A DNA stretch of 64,000 nucleotides. Source: Paramoeba atlantica. Taxonomy: Eukaryota > Protista > Discosea. The stretch covers positions 141,662 to 205,661 of the forward strand of contig CDRNVI010000067.1 of NCBI GenBank assembly GCA_977017575.1, read 5' to 3'. Positions 22,891 through 34,813 of the stretch are shown one piece after another. The position numbers and the translations under genes were made by a program. Within the stretch, counting starts at the first letter, position 1. The number at the start of each line of letters is the position of its first letter. A model generated the notes under the pieces. That model had not been told where the DNA came from. It was given only the letters and a program-made list of their open reading frames with translations, and made no database searches.

Positions 22891-25219
22891 CTGTCCCCCC
22901 CTACTTATAGTGCCGTTTTGAAAAAAAAATTGTCCGAAAAAAAATGACCAATTTTTTTGACCAAAAGGTAGAGTAAATATTGTGGAAATTTCTAATATAT
23001 TCGAGGGGCTGCGGGTGTGCATCACCGAACCCGCACCGAACCCGCACCGAACCCGCGCTTTGCATTTGAGGTCGAACGAGGTCTATTTTAGACCCAAAAA
23101 ATGGATTGTACACAAACAAAGTAGCTTAAAGTGAAGTTTTTTTAGTTTGCTACCGTACATAGCCGCCTTACTGTGAAAATACGGTGTACGCTGTATACGG
23201 TGCTGTATACGAACGGTGTATGCATTACACAAATCAAATGTACAATTAATATACCCTCCACAATACATGCATAATTCTTTTACATTATCCTCCTTTTTAT
23301 ATGATGAGCCCTGTTGAGAGCAACGCAGATTTCACTTCACGTATGAAGGTAACATCTGCGAGGGATGATGACGTATACGACGTCATTGTCGCATCGCTTA
23401 TGCGCACCTTCACGAAGCGCAAAACTCCTTTCGCCCCCCCAGCGCTCGTTATCACTGAGGAGGAGTTGGGAGCCAAGGTGGAAGAATGCATAAGGCGCGT
23501 ATCGCGCACGATGGACAGCTACTTACATGCCACACGTGGATTGCAACCACTGTTTTGTTCCATTCAAGGCACCACGCAAAGGTTGCCTTGATGAACACCA
23601 GGATCGGTTCAACCGCATGAATTCTTGGATTCGTTCAAGAATCGAGCGTTGTTTCGCTCATTTCGATAAATTTCGTTTTTGTCATGGAACGGATCACGAT
23701 ATTACGTGGGTAAAGGATGCCGTTCAGATTGTATCTGTTGCAGTGTATGGTTTGCTTGCATCAGAACCCCAGTACGACTTTGACAGTGAAATAAATGTAC
23801 ACTTACAAAATATCGATGACTCATCTTTTTGTTGGTGTAGCAAAGGGTGTGGTTTAGTCAAACCGATTGATGAACGGAGGGATTGGCTCAAAGAACACAT
23901 ATACGATGTGGGATATGTTCCCAAGAAACCACAGCATGGATCAAAAACTAAATAAAATTAAGTATCTAGTCGTTTTCCATGAATTGCGAAATGTAAACTA
24001 CGTAGTCATATCGTATACATGGCTTATAAATTTTTGTTATTATCGTATATTATGTACACTATGTATGTCGCACATTATGATTTCTCCTTCGATCTAACTA
24101 TTTTTCTCCTTCAATGTCTGCAGCTCCGACTAATTTCGCATGCTTTCAGAGGATTTTTTTTCAACCCGCGCCGAACCCGCACCGAACCCGCGACCCGCAG
24201 CCCCTCAGGTATGTAGTTTAAAAAAGGAGAATACCTAGTAAATGTTTTTTAGCTAGTAAAGTTCTACCTAGTAAAAGGTTTTTTTGATGGACGACTTCTA
24301 AAGCAAATTTAGGCAAATTCAGGAAAATTTAGAAAGGTTTCAGCCCTCTAAACCTCCTTCTGGGAGTGGGTAAAAAGGTTTCCAAACACTCAAGTCAACA
24401 AATGGCAAAGAAAACTTGAGTCGTCAAAAAACATTTGAAGATCTACATGGCACCCGCACACTGATAACGCATAAAACTCGCACACTAATATTGCATAATG
24501 CACACTGATAATGCATATAAGCACACTGATAATGCATATAGGCACACTGATAATGCATAAAACTCACTGTCCCCCTTCCACCGCCAGTCCTCGTAACTTT
24601 CTGGCGAATAACAACTTTTTCCTCTGTCTCACGTTTAGACGCGGATGAGGCTTTCACTGCACGCTGACTTTTTGCGTTTCGTTTTGCAAACTGCTGAGCA
24701 GTGGTTTGCGAATTTAAGGACTTTCTTCTCTTTACGTCAGGTTCGCCTACTTTCTTTCTAGGCGTAGACAATGCGAGAGAGAGAGAGAGAGCGCCAGAGA
24801 AGCTTTAACAAAGAGCGGGAGGCAATTTTAAGGAAAATGCACCTTAAATTGCTCCAAGAAATTAATGGTAAGCACGCAGTGACGAAGGTATTTGTCTTTT
24901 CCGTTACGGAAACATACGGAAAACAGCTTGTCATTTCGAAATTTGTTCATGAATTAATGTTTCACAAATTTTTCTATTAGGGTATCTTTATTTCACAATT
25001 TTTTACAACCACTATACCCTATACACAGCAGTGGAGTAGAAACTCCATTTACAGCGCTTAGGCACACAAAACCACATGATAGAAAGAATTGCGCCGCGAG
25101 GCGGCACGCTTTTTTTTTAAGGTGGAAAAAGTTTCACCCTCGACTTGAAACATACTACCCCCCTCCCCCCCACTTATAGTTTGGTCAAAAACCGCGGCAC
25201 TATAAGTAGGGGGGCACAG
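22891..25219. mobile_element. Non-autonomous Tc1/mariner-type element carrying nested insertions
   Basis: TA|CTGTCCCCCCCTACTTATAGTGCCG ... CGGCACTATAAGTAGGGGGGCACAG|TA. Confidence 0.8.
23003..24206 (+). mobile_element. Internally deleted PIF/Harbinger-ISL2EU (IS5-like) transposon
   Basis: 14-bp TIR GAGGGGCTGCGGGT/ACCCGCAGCCCCTC with CCGAACCCGCA subterminal repeats. ORF 23527..23955 contains VPFKAP..LDEHQDRFNRMNSWIRSRIERCFAHF (DDE_Tnp_4 C-terminal motif). Solo ends lie at 2031 and 7482. Confidence 0.75.
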
Positions 25220-25789
25220 TAATTTTTATTCCAATGATTTTTATTCCGTTAATAAGTACTTTGACGGTAAGCCAAATGCAGATTTAACAAAATCAATTTT
25301 GTGTTGATTATAAAGTAAAATTTTGCGTTGATCAATGGAAGCTAAAAACTTTTCTACACGGTTTCTGACACGTCGAAACTCCCTATCAAAATCTTCATCA
25401 ATATCACTACCCTTTTCTTGACAAAAACAGTGCCGAACGCTGATGAAGGATTTGTCAGCCCTCATCATTTCATCCCGTTGTTCAAAAATTGGAATTTCAA
25501 GGCATATCACTATTCAAGGCACCCACTATCATGAATGCTCCCGTAAAAAGGTCCATTCCACGCCAATGGACAGCCGTCCATCATTATCAGCACCTGAAAT
25601 GTCCAGCATTTCCCTCTAGTTTTATGGTTGTATAATTCTTTGGGCCCTCTACTATGCATAGGAACCCCATCTAGAATACTAAAACACATAATGAAGTTCG
25701 GTTCGAGGATCTAGAAACGCCGCTCTGCGTTCGCGGATACTGAAAAAATGTAAAATCATATGCCAAAAATTAAAAAATGATGCAACAAA

Positions 25790-26420
25790 TGTCTTTTTCA
25801 AATAACGATTTGCAAGCGCTTGGAGACACTCTTTATAGTCTTCTCGTGAGTACTTTTGAGATCAGTTTGAAGCGCCTCGTATGCACTCTCGATACAAGAG
25901 CGGAGATCACCGCGATTACGAGGTCGCAAGCGATCCTTGCGCTGATCCATGATATTCCATAAGTTTTCGATGGGGTTGAGATCCGGTGACTTTGCAGGCC
26001 AGGGGAACGTTCGCACGTTTTGCTGCTGAAAAGTACGCCTTGCCGAGTTGTGCGCAGGGCAATTGTCCACATCAACAACTGCAGGGTGCCTGTGCAGGTA
26101 GTTCAAAAGACCATTGGAATTGGTTCTTTGGTCATGGCAGCTTCAAAAACGGCTCCGGTCACAGTCGCTCTATTTCCCTGCTCATCTCTAGTAGGAAAAA
26201 TGTGGAGATGAAATCCATGCTTTATGCTTCCAGCCCACCCACGTATGCTTACCCTCTTCGTCATCTGATTCTTCCTTCCCCTCTTCCGTAAAAGAAGAAA
26301 ACAGTTCTCGACGACGTACCCATGCCATAGCCTTATTTGGGAATCCATAAGAGCGTCTTTCGTGATTCCAACCCTTTCTCAGGCTTTGACTGTAGCCCTC
26401 TTTTGGTTTATCGTATCCAT
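25790..26420 (-). pseudogene. Tc1/IS630-type transposase relic
   Basis: DNCPAH...WPAKSPDLNPIENLW (D-E spacing 32) and upstream SIRGWAGSI..G; one frameshift near 26105. Confidence 0.9.
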
Positions 26421-26479
26421 AAACTTGTACGTGCTTACGATACTCTCTAACCCCTGCTCCTTTGATATTTACACACCCA

Positions 26480-27340
26480 AACCCTTTGCACCACCAATAT
26501 TTTCTGCGCAAGATCTTTTCTGATGACAGTAATGGAGAAGGCGCATTGTGCGCTCGCGCAGAAAGTGGGTCTTTAGACGATTGAATACCCCGACGTCGCA
26601 CGGTTGGAGGACACTGGTACATTTCGCTGGAATAAATTATATTCGTAGCCAAGAAAATCTCTCTGCGTGCTTACACTCTGACCAAAATTCATTCCGGGTA
26701 AGAGCAGAAACGTGTACTCTACAGCAAACGAGGAGCAAAATTAAAGATTCGTCACCAGTAAGTTGCAGACTGTTATGCATTGTCTCGTAATACGAATGAA
26801 GAATTTTGTTAATATACTCCTTCAAGGTATCCGTGCAAATTTAGTGGCTCTTAGTTTGGTATTGTACAACTTCGGGACAAGAACGGGCATGTGCTCGCGT
26901 AGATGCTTCGAGTCCGTTCCATACTACAAAGGGATGTAAAAGACCACCGGAGAGACATGCTGCAGCCACCAAAGTACAACTCCGCTTGTCACCCTTTGAA
27001 AAGTTGCTCGCCGCAGTTCCACGAAGAGGAACCCCGCGCTCCAAAAGCCCATTGTAACAAAGTCCCGTCTCATCCATGTTGATAGTTCGCCAATCACAGT
27101 ACCATTCCATTCGGAATGCACTAGATAGCAAACGCGAAGCATTATGTCGCGTCCGCGATCCGTGAAGTTGCTTGGCAAAAGTGACTCAGGTGTAGACTTG
27201 AAGGATTTAAAACTGACAAGGGCATTTAGCCATCGGACAAATATGTGATATGACGGAATGAAAATTTCGTCATCTTTTTGCAGTGCCTTTTCTTTCACTC
27301 TACCGTCTTGAGCGTCCATCGTGCGTTGGGTAAACTCCAT
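26480..27340 (-). pseudogene. pogo/DDE_1 transposase relic
   Basis: One frame reads NMDETG..K.SCTLVAAAC.SG.LLHPFVVWNG..KSH*..LLLV(C)..H..*FIPAKCTSVLQPCDVGVF. A CENP-B-like EKA..F.PS..RW segment lies upstream in another frame. Confidence 0.88.
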
Positions 27341-27974
27341 CGCCAGTATTCCGGAAATTCGCTCTCAATTACTCCATGAAGGTGTGTCCGATTGGCGCCA
27401 CAAAAAAAGAGGAGACCATTTTCGTGGTGCTTTGCAATCAGCACCAAAGGTTCACCCAGAATGATGTAGTCCAAAGGGACTTCACATCATGCCCGGGTAG
27501 GACCAGTGGCTATTATTTTCCAATTGCGACTTCTGTTTTTCCATCCATTCTACACAGAGCATAATCACTGCCACTTCCAAACGATCAATACTTGCTTTTC
27601 GAAGAAGGGCAGTGAACTGCTTTAGCGGCACCTTCAAGGTAGGCGCTGCAGAAGGGGTAGCCCCGGCTACCCCTTCTGCAGTTTTTTCCTGCGAGTAGCA
27701 GGTCTTCCTTTCTTTAATATTGTAGAAACTGTAGAGGTGCTTAGGTTGACAGCAATAAAAAAAGGAACTAATGGAAACCCCGCTATCGTAAACAGAATGC
27801 TTTTGTACAAACCATGTAAACAAAACGCTATGTATACAAAATACTAACCTTGTTTTTGGTGGCCAGCTGGCCACTCTTGCACAACATGACCAGCTGTAAC
27901 TACACTCTGCAACTGCAACACCAGTACAGTCATTGTCTCACATGGTCTCTCATGTGGGGGTCTCATTAGGAATT

Positions 27975-28085
27975 CAAAATTACAACACGCCATTATCCCG
28001 TCGTAGTAAATCCGCCTTTGCTTGCCTGGCATGGTGATCGCCGGAAAAAATCCGCGATTCTTTTCGCTGTCCAAGCGGTTACCCA
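27975..28085. repeat. Dispersed repeat D
   Basis: CCATTATC..GTAGTAAA..CGCCTT.GCTTGCCTGGCA is shared with 45810..45935 and, inverted, with 47950..48115. Confidence 0.6.
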
Positions 28086-30338
28086 TTCTTTTTAGTGTTG
28101 TAACGTCGCGTAAAAGTGTTGCAAGTGAAAATTGTGTTTTGGAAGATTTTTCTGAATTGAAAAAGAAACTTATTATTCCCTTGCACGATTTTGGTACACT
28201 TCCTCCGAAACATTGGATTTAGGTACACTTCTTCCGAAATATCCGATTTCCCTCTTTATAACCCTTTACTTCCAAAACTCCAGAAACGATCCGAAGTACG
28301 TACATAAGCCGCAATTGTATCATATTCTACAGTAGTGTACAAGGCCTAAGTCGTATAAGGGGGGGGTAACAGTATAACGTTTATGACATAGCTAAATGCC
28401 AATCTTAATGATGAATTGGACAAACTAAGAAGACGAGTCTTATGTGTTACACATATGACGTATCATTGAGTCCATCGGCTACCAATGGCTGATTTCAAAG
28501 AAACAACGTGTAATTTTTTGTTCCCCTTAGAACGGTAACCTTTGTAATTGTTTAATCACTTGTGCGCGCTGCCGAACAATTTACAGTGCTCGCAAAAATT
28601 AGTAAAACTTTTATCGTAAAATAAGAAAAAAGTTTTATATTTTTAAATACTATAAATAGCAATTACATAATAAAATAGAATTTAATTTCAAGTAATTATC
28701 TCCCTCTTTCTCCGATTGCTCTACATGATGATTCTTATGGAAGTCAAGAAACATGAGTTTCTAATGACTTCAATACACTATGCACCACGCTGATTCTTTT
28801 TGTTTTACGAATTAATGCTATACGAATAATTGTGTGCACTGTACTTTTTTTTTGTATTATTATTGTACAGTATCTTTTTTTTCGTACATTATTATAGTAC
28901 AGTAGGTAAATAATTGTTTACATATTTGACACGTTTTTGTTGCTTGTTTCCATGTGGACAGATGCCGTACGCATTGAAGTACTGTAGTATATCAGAGTAG
29001 TGTACGAATAAGTACGTATAGTAACTTATTGCGGCGGTTCTATACCGTCCGAATGCACGAGCGGTGTCTTGCGAAGACGCAACTCACACTTGAGCATTTC
29101 TGCAAGACCGCTAAATGTGCTTTATTTGGCAAAGAATTTGGCTGATGTGCGCTCGTGAAGGGATCCCCCGGTGCCAACGGGGAGCACTATTGAATTGGCT
29201 TTTGTCCTGCAAACGGAATTCTTCCAGAGCTAGGAATATCAAGTCTGGCAGCTCACTTGCCAACGGTGAAGGGATTCTTTTACCTGAATAGCGTAGCATG
29301 TGTGCCCCTTTCGCCCACCGCGATGGAGAACGGGGAACATACATAGCGGGGAACATGTACATATCGGCAGCATAGCGAAGAATGTGCAAGTGGATGCGGT
29401 GTTTTCTTTTACAGCGGTGTAAAGCACGTCTGTAAAGATTGCGTCCCAATGTTGGCGGCATCGATAGATGATTATGCACATGATTATACACATGATTATG
29501 GCCACTGGCGTCGCCATCCAACGCGGCAACGCTCAGATGCTGAGAGCGGCCTCGGGGGAGCAGGACTGTGGGCGGCGTGGGTAAAGGGGACTTTGTGGTG
29601 CCTTTCTTTTCTTAATTCTAAAGTTAATTGCATAACTCCACCTGTAATGAGGAACGATAAAATGTTTTTTGTAAGTTTAAGAACTTTTTTCTACTTGTAG
29701 GGGAGAAATTTCATTGAAAAACTATTATAGAGAAGGCTTTTGCAAGTGTTCGTGGGAATAATGCAAACAATAGCGAGCGATGCCAAACAGTTTGGCGTTT
29801 CCCCAGAATTTCCCGGTGTTGAATCCTACGACTCTATTGCTGTGGGTGTGGGCGTGTTAGTATTGGCGGTGCATGAGCTGAGGCGGAAGAATTTCTTGGT
29901 TAAGTCGTAGTTTTTTGCCGCGAGATGAGAAAAGGAACCTTCCTTGGTCCGTCCAATATTCCTCGGAAATGGTTCACGTTGCCCCCTCTCTGCTCCTCGT
30001 ATCCTCTATCACTAAACGTGGATCCTCCAGAAGTCGCGGGGGTTAAAGTGAAGCAAATATAGCCTTTTTCGTACTTTTGACGTTTCCTTCATTTATATGG
30101 CGCAAATACAGTATACAGAATATTTGTCCTATGAAATATGCAGAATATTATCTTACTTAGAGGGGTGACTCTGGGTGGGAGCGCCTAGGATATCTTTCGT
30201 CAAAATTTTCTTCCTTAGTTTCTTAATATTTTTTACTTCAATCCGAAGATACAGAAATCATGTTACTGGAATTGTTATTCTGCAGGGCTTAAGCAAGCGT
30301 TTCAGCATGTAATACACGTTAATAATACATTGTGCTTA

Positions 30339-31122
30339 GAGGGGTGAGTCTGGGTGGGAGCGCCTAGGATCCCGCCTAGGATTTTTTCCAACTTCTTTTT
30401 CGTGAAAAATCCGAACTTGGCGGACCCATCCTGCGCATACCAGGGGGGGGGGTCACCCCCACGTGGGGTTGGAAAATTTGTTCACTTTTTTTTAATAATC
30501 GAGGGTACAGCGGTAGTTAAACAACCACCGCAATGCACCTAACGTTAAGACCGTCCAACCGGTGGGCTTTTTTTGGTCGAATGAGCAGAGCGTTGTAGTA
30601 TCGGACTGCGTCAGGGACTCTGCTAGCTCACCCGCTAAAACTTCACTATCCCAGATTGTTGGTCCTGAACGGTCCTGGCTGGAGAAACGAAGTTTTTACG
30701 CCTCCATTCCTCCGGAGATGGAGTGGGATTCGACCACAGCTTGCACGAGTGCAGTTCCACTTCCACCGAGGTTACAAGGTTGACACGCGAGAAAAGGTGG
30801 TGCTGACAACGTATTCCCGACAATGGACTTGCCACGCCGTCTTACAACCCCGGGACGCGGTTAACGACTCCGCGAATAGGGGTTAAACAGGAATAGAAAT
30901 GGACAAATCCCTGCATCTAGCTGGAAGTCTTACTTCGGGAGGCTAGAAGTCTTACTTCGACGCCGGTCTCCCTTTCTAACTCTTTGTCATGCTAGCCCAG
31001 CATGTTCCATCCAAGGGACATTGAGGATTCCGGACCTCTTTGCGAAAATCATTTCACCAAGTCGGATCTCCGTAGAAGTTTACTGGGAGCGCCTGGGAGC
31101 GCCCGGGCAGGAGTCGCCCCTC
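30339..31122. mobile_element. GAGGGG-ended non-autonomous element
   Basis: TTA|GAGGGGTGAGTC..GGGAGCGCCTAGG ... GGGAGCGCCCGGGCAGGAGTCGCCCCTC|TTG. Additional solo ends at 21796, 30160 and 32407. Confidence 0.7.
30380..30531 (-). repeat. Internally deleted copy of element C
   Basis: Reverse complement matches 55740..55830 and then jumps to 55468..55520. Confidence 0.7.
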
Positions 31123-31299
31123 TTGACATAACCAACTTAATGTTGAATACAGATACAATGAGTACGTAAATTGTCTAATATACGCAGCATCGTTTCGCCC
31201 CCGTTCTTCTTCAAGCTGCCGTTATATTTTTCCGCGATTGCTTGCACGCGGCCGGCTCTTCGACTCGACTTTCTAGTAGAAGCGTTCGAATCGGGGAGG

Positions 31300-31720
31300 A
31301 AGTGTGTTAGGTAGAAAGTTTCTACCAAACATCCCCGATTCGAACGCTTCTTTGTCGTTTAGTTCGCGCATTCGACGGTGTTTGTATGCACTCCCTCCGA
31401 TGTAACCCATTGACGCCGGTGATTGACACTTTCCCATTTAAACTTTCGCCCGAGCTGATTGTTGTGTCTCGCCCCGTCTGTTCAAATTCTTGTACGGTTG
31501 CTGGAGGAGAGCTCCTCAATCCTTGGGACTAAAGTATTCGCCGTGCGGTCAGGAATGATTTCCATGAAGACTTCGGGGAGCATGTTAGTTCTCGTGGTGG
31601 ATGCAATTGTCTGTGCGATTTCTGTCCCTTCACTGCGAACACGCCTCGCACCATGTTGTCCACGATGGCGCTTCCGAACCGGAAAAAGGTTTCATCGCAT
31701 TGCATAAAAGAGAGACGAAC
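31300..31720 (-). pseudogene. Merlin (IS1595/ISXO2-like) transposase relic
   Basis: QCDETFF [frameshift] RKRHRG..EIIPDRTANTLVPRI..RI*TDG..SVNH..WVTSEGVHTNTVE: all three catalytic motifs are visible, with two in-frame stops. Confidence 0.88.
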
Positions 31721-32019
31721 GGTGCAAAACACGCCGACGTACATGAGCAGTTGTCGTAATTGAATCAACCCACTGACGTAGAGATATCACTGGCGTAGAG
31801 ATAAAACCAGCGGGTGTCTATGCTGCTTTATTTGCTTTTCGTGTGCATCTGAATTCTCATACAAAGAGACACGCCTTAAAAAAAACGAGCGCCCAATGTT
31901 ACGATAGAGCCAATCTCTTTACAAGCGTTGCGTTGCTGGTGACAGTACTCGAGAGTCGCTTACGTTTTTCCATAAACCATTCTAAGCTTTGGTTTTTAGA
32001 TTTCCAATGGAGAGTATGC

Positions 32020-32865
32020 AGTAGGTCTGTGTAAGTTCGTGTTGGTCCGTGACGAGCTGTGTAGGTACGTGTAGGTTCGTGGTAATCCGTGTAGATTCGT
32101 GTAGGTTGGTGTAGGTTTTTTTTTTGACATTTTTTGAGAAGGTTTATTGGCTCGGCCGCTAGGATGATTGCATGTAGGTAAATTAGACCGAATTAAACCA
32201 CTGTCCGGGTTAATATTCCTGGTAGGGATATTAAGAGGGTATAGGAATATAACAAGGTATAGGAATATTAGAAAATTAGCAGAAAAGGACCAAAACATTT
32301 TTCGCGCCGCGAAGAGGCGCGATCTTTGATCTTGTCCTCGTTTGGGTCTTGTGCGTGCTTGGAGCTTGCTATTTTTATTTAAAAAACATACAAAAAAGGG
32401 ATTTTCGAGGGGTGAGTTGTGTGGATCTCCTTAATCGATCACGAGTGCCGTGCGCATCTCGAGGCACACGCGGGAGGAAGGTAAACACAGGGGGCGGTGC
32501 TTCTTCGTCATGAATCACCAATAAATTTACTAACTTAAAGAAAAATGTACTCTGTGAAAAAAGAAAACAACTTTTTTGCAGTTACTTTTTCCGGTTTAGA
32601 TATGATACTCCTCGGATTCGGAACGATTGGGTCGAAAAACAGATTTTTCCAAAATCGGACAAAATACAAGACCTGGAGGGGGGGGGTAAAAGAGGCTGAA
32701 CACTATTATAAGTTGAAAACAACCACCGCGTTTAACGAAGAGCCTAAAAAAGAAAAATATTGAAATGAACTAAAGTAAAACTACTAGAAATCGGAAAAAA
32801 GTGGTTCTGTGTAAGTCTGTGTGAATTCGTGTAGATCCGTGTAGGTTTGTGTAGGTTTTTTTTGA
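32020..32865. repeat. Two direct arrays of ~10-bp CGTGTAGG-like repeats (32020..32125 and 32805..32865)
   Basis: Each degenerate array is followed by a T8-9 run. Probably transposon subterminal repeats. Confidence 0.6.
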
Positions 32866-33109
32866 ACCCCAACCTAGCCCATCTGCAGACTCTCCAATTA
32901 TTTTGGTTCTTAGATTATATTGTTTAAAAGTCACAGTAACTTTTTCGAAGTACATAATGCCGGGCGAAACATGGTGAACGGTGGTGAATGAGAGATATAA
33001 AAATAGTAATGATCAGTGGATAACTTTTTCATGATTAAATCAAAATCAGAAGTAACGAGACCCTTCTCAGAATAAAATTTAATTCAATAGTATCGGAGGA
33101 AAACGGCAT

Positions 33110-33961
33110 ATGGCATTATTCCTTTCCGCCCTTCCGGTTCAGTCACTGGAGGTGTCGAGTAGTTCCTCCAACGTAACACAAACGGACACGCTACTTCACG
33201 AGTTAACCCTTTTAAAAAAATTTATCTCCCAAGTCGCGACGCCCCATCTCTCGTGGAAAACACCCGAGAGCGCGAGTGTGTGTTCCCAATGGGCAGGGGT
33301 CTCGTGTGACGCCTCCGGTTTCGTGACCCGGTTATCCTGGAGCGGGTTAAAACTCACGGGGAACCTTTCCTGGTCGTATTTACCCTCCCGCGTTACAGAA
33401 CTCTACATGTGGAAGAATGCCCTCCGAGGGTCGATTACTCTCCCACCCACCAACACGGTTTTACGAGAAGTAAATCTGAAATTGAATGAATTTACTGGAC
33501 CGCTGGATCTTACAGCGCTTCCGGAATCCTTAGAAGTGTTATCCGTACGACGAAATGCGCTAAGTGGAAATTGTGATTTGCATTTTCTACCCCCAGAAAT
33601 GCGTTCACTGGCGCTTAGTCATAATCAGTTCCAGTCAGGGATTTATTTGAACCTCCTGCCCCCGGTGTTGTCGTTTTTGTATGTAGACAACAACGAGCTC
33701 GGCACCACGGTGTGTTTGACACAGTTACCCGAGAGGTTGACGAATTTACATTTGCAACAGAATTATTTGATCGGCGTGGCTGACTTGCGGCGGCTGCCAC
33801 GCTCACTTACTAGCACACATTTGGAGAATAATTGTTTCCATGCTGTAGAGTATGAAAAGACAGGAGCAAAAAAGAAACTGGACGACGCGATTGTGTTTAA
33901 TCCACAGCGCTCAGGGATTATATTGCATTCTGGCAGAAGCGATAGCTGTACAGTGTGCTAA
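33110..33961 (+). CDS. LRR protein ending in CTVC (283 aa)
   Basis: CSQWAGVSC cap, GIYLNLLP and FNPQ motifs; Cys at position -4. Confidence 0.9.
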   Translation: MALFLSALPVQSLEVSSSSSNVTQTDTLLHELTLLKKFISQVATPHLSWKTPESASVCSQWAGVSCDASGFVTRLSWSGLKLTGNLSWSYLPSRVTELYMWKNALRGSITLPPTNTVLREVNLKLNEFTGPLDLTALPESLEVLSVRRNALSGNCDLHFLPPEMRSLALSHNQFQSGIYLNLLPPVLSFLYVDNNELGTTVCLTQLPERLTNLHLQQNYLIGVADLRRLPRSLTSTHLENNCFHAVEYEKTGAKKKLDDAIVFNPQRSGIILHSGRSDSCTVC

Positions 33962-34391
33962 GGGAGTTGTGGTGCCGTTTGTTAGCCACTGAAACATGTA
34001 AGTAATGTTAGTGCAGGAATCTGTGACCGAAGCATTTTTTGTATGAAATGTACACGAAGTACAGTTCTCTGTTGTGCGGGAGCTCGCAAAGAAAGATTGG
34101 TACGTGATCTCAAGAGTGTCCAGCTCAAGAAAGAAAAGTGGAACACTGCGGGATACTTCATCTCTTACGTTGAAGCAGCAAAATGAGCTTTCATTTTAAA
34201 TGATGGAGAAAAAAGTTCGGGTAGGACCCAATGAAAATGTATCTAAAAAAAAAATCTAAAAAATCTTTCCCTTTTCTTTGAGCGTGAAAATTTGCATTAG
34301 CCCAGTAAAGCACGAACGAAATTGATTCTACAACGAAAATCGAGGGTGCTGCATTCATTGAACCCTTTTGATGGTAATTGAATTATTGACG

Positions 34392-34462
34392 TTTAGACTG
34401 GAAAGTTGACGTGCACTACATGAGTTAAATTCATGTACTGCACGTCAACATTCCAGTCTAAA
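34392..34462. repeat. 71-bp near-perfect palindrome (possible micro-MITE)
   Basis: 32-bp arms TTTAGACTGGAAwGTTGACGTGCAsTACATGA with 2 mismatches and a 7-nt loop. Confidence 0.85.
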
Positions 34463-34813
34463 ATGTTCGTTCGCGAGACAAAGTGATAGAAGTGCCTTTA
34501 CTATTTTTCCGAAGGAAGAAGGGAAGACCAAGATTTCCCTACAGACCTTGATATGGATTATGCCACGATTCTAGAAAGAAATTCATGTAAGTTTAGCTGT
34601 GGTTTTCTTTTCGTGGGTTTCATCACTATAAGACGACATTTTGGTGTAGGGTGTCCCGCAGAGATTCGACATTATTATTATACAAGTCAATACATGTATA
34701 TGTAAATATACAGTCGAGGCTTGTCCGAGTCTTAAGAACCACCTCTAAGTTTTCTACTCAGAAGATATGAGTTAGATTAATATCCCACTCAGTCCGATGC
34801 TGTTCTTCTTTGC

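Noticed and set aside
30656-30886. SWIM/MULE-like motif (YKVD..WTCHAV)
   Set aside because: Most of the cysteines are missing; too weak to call.
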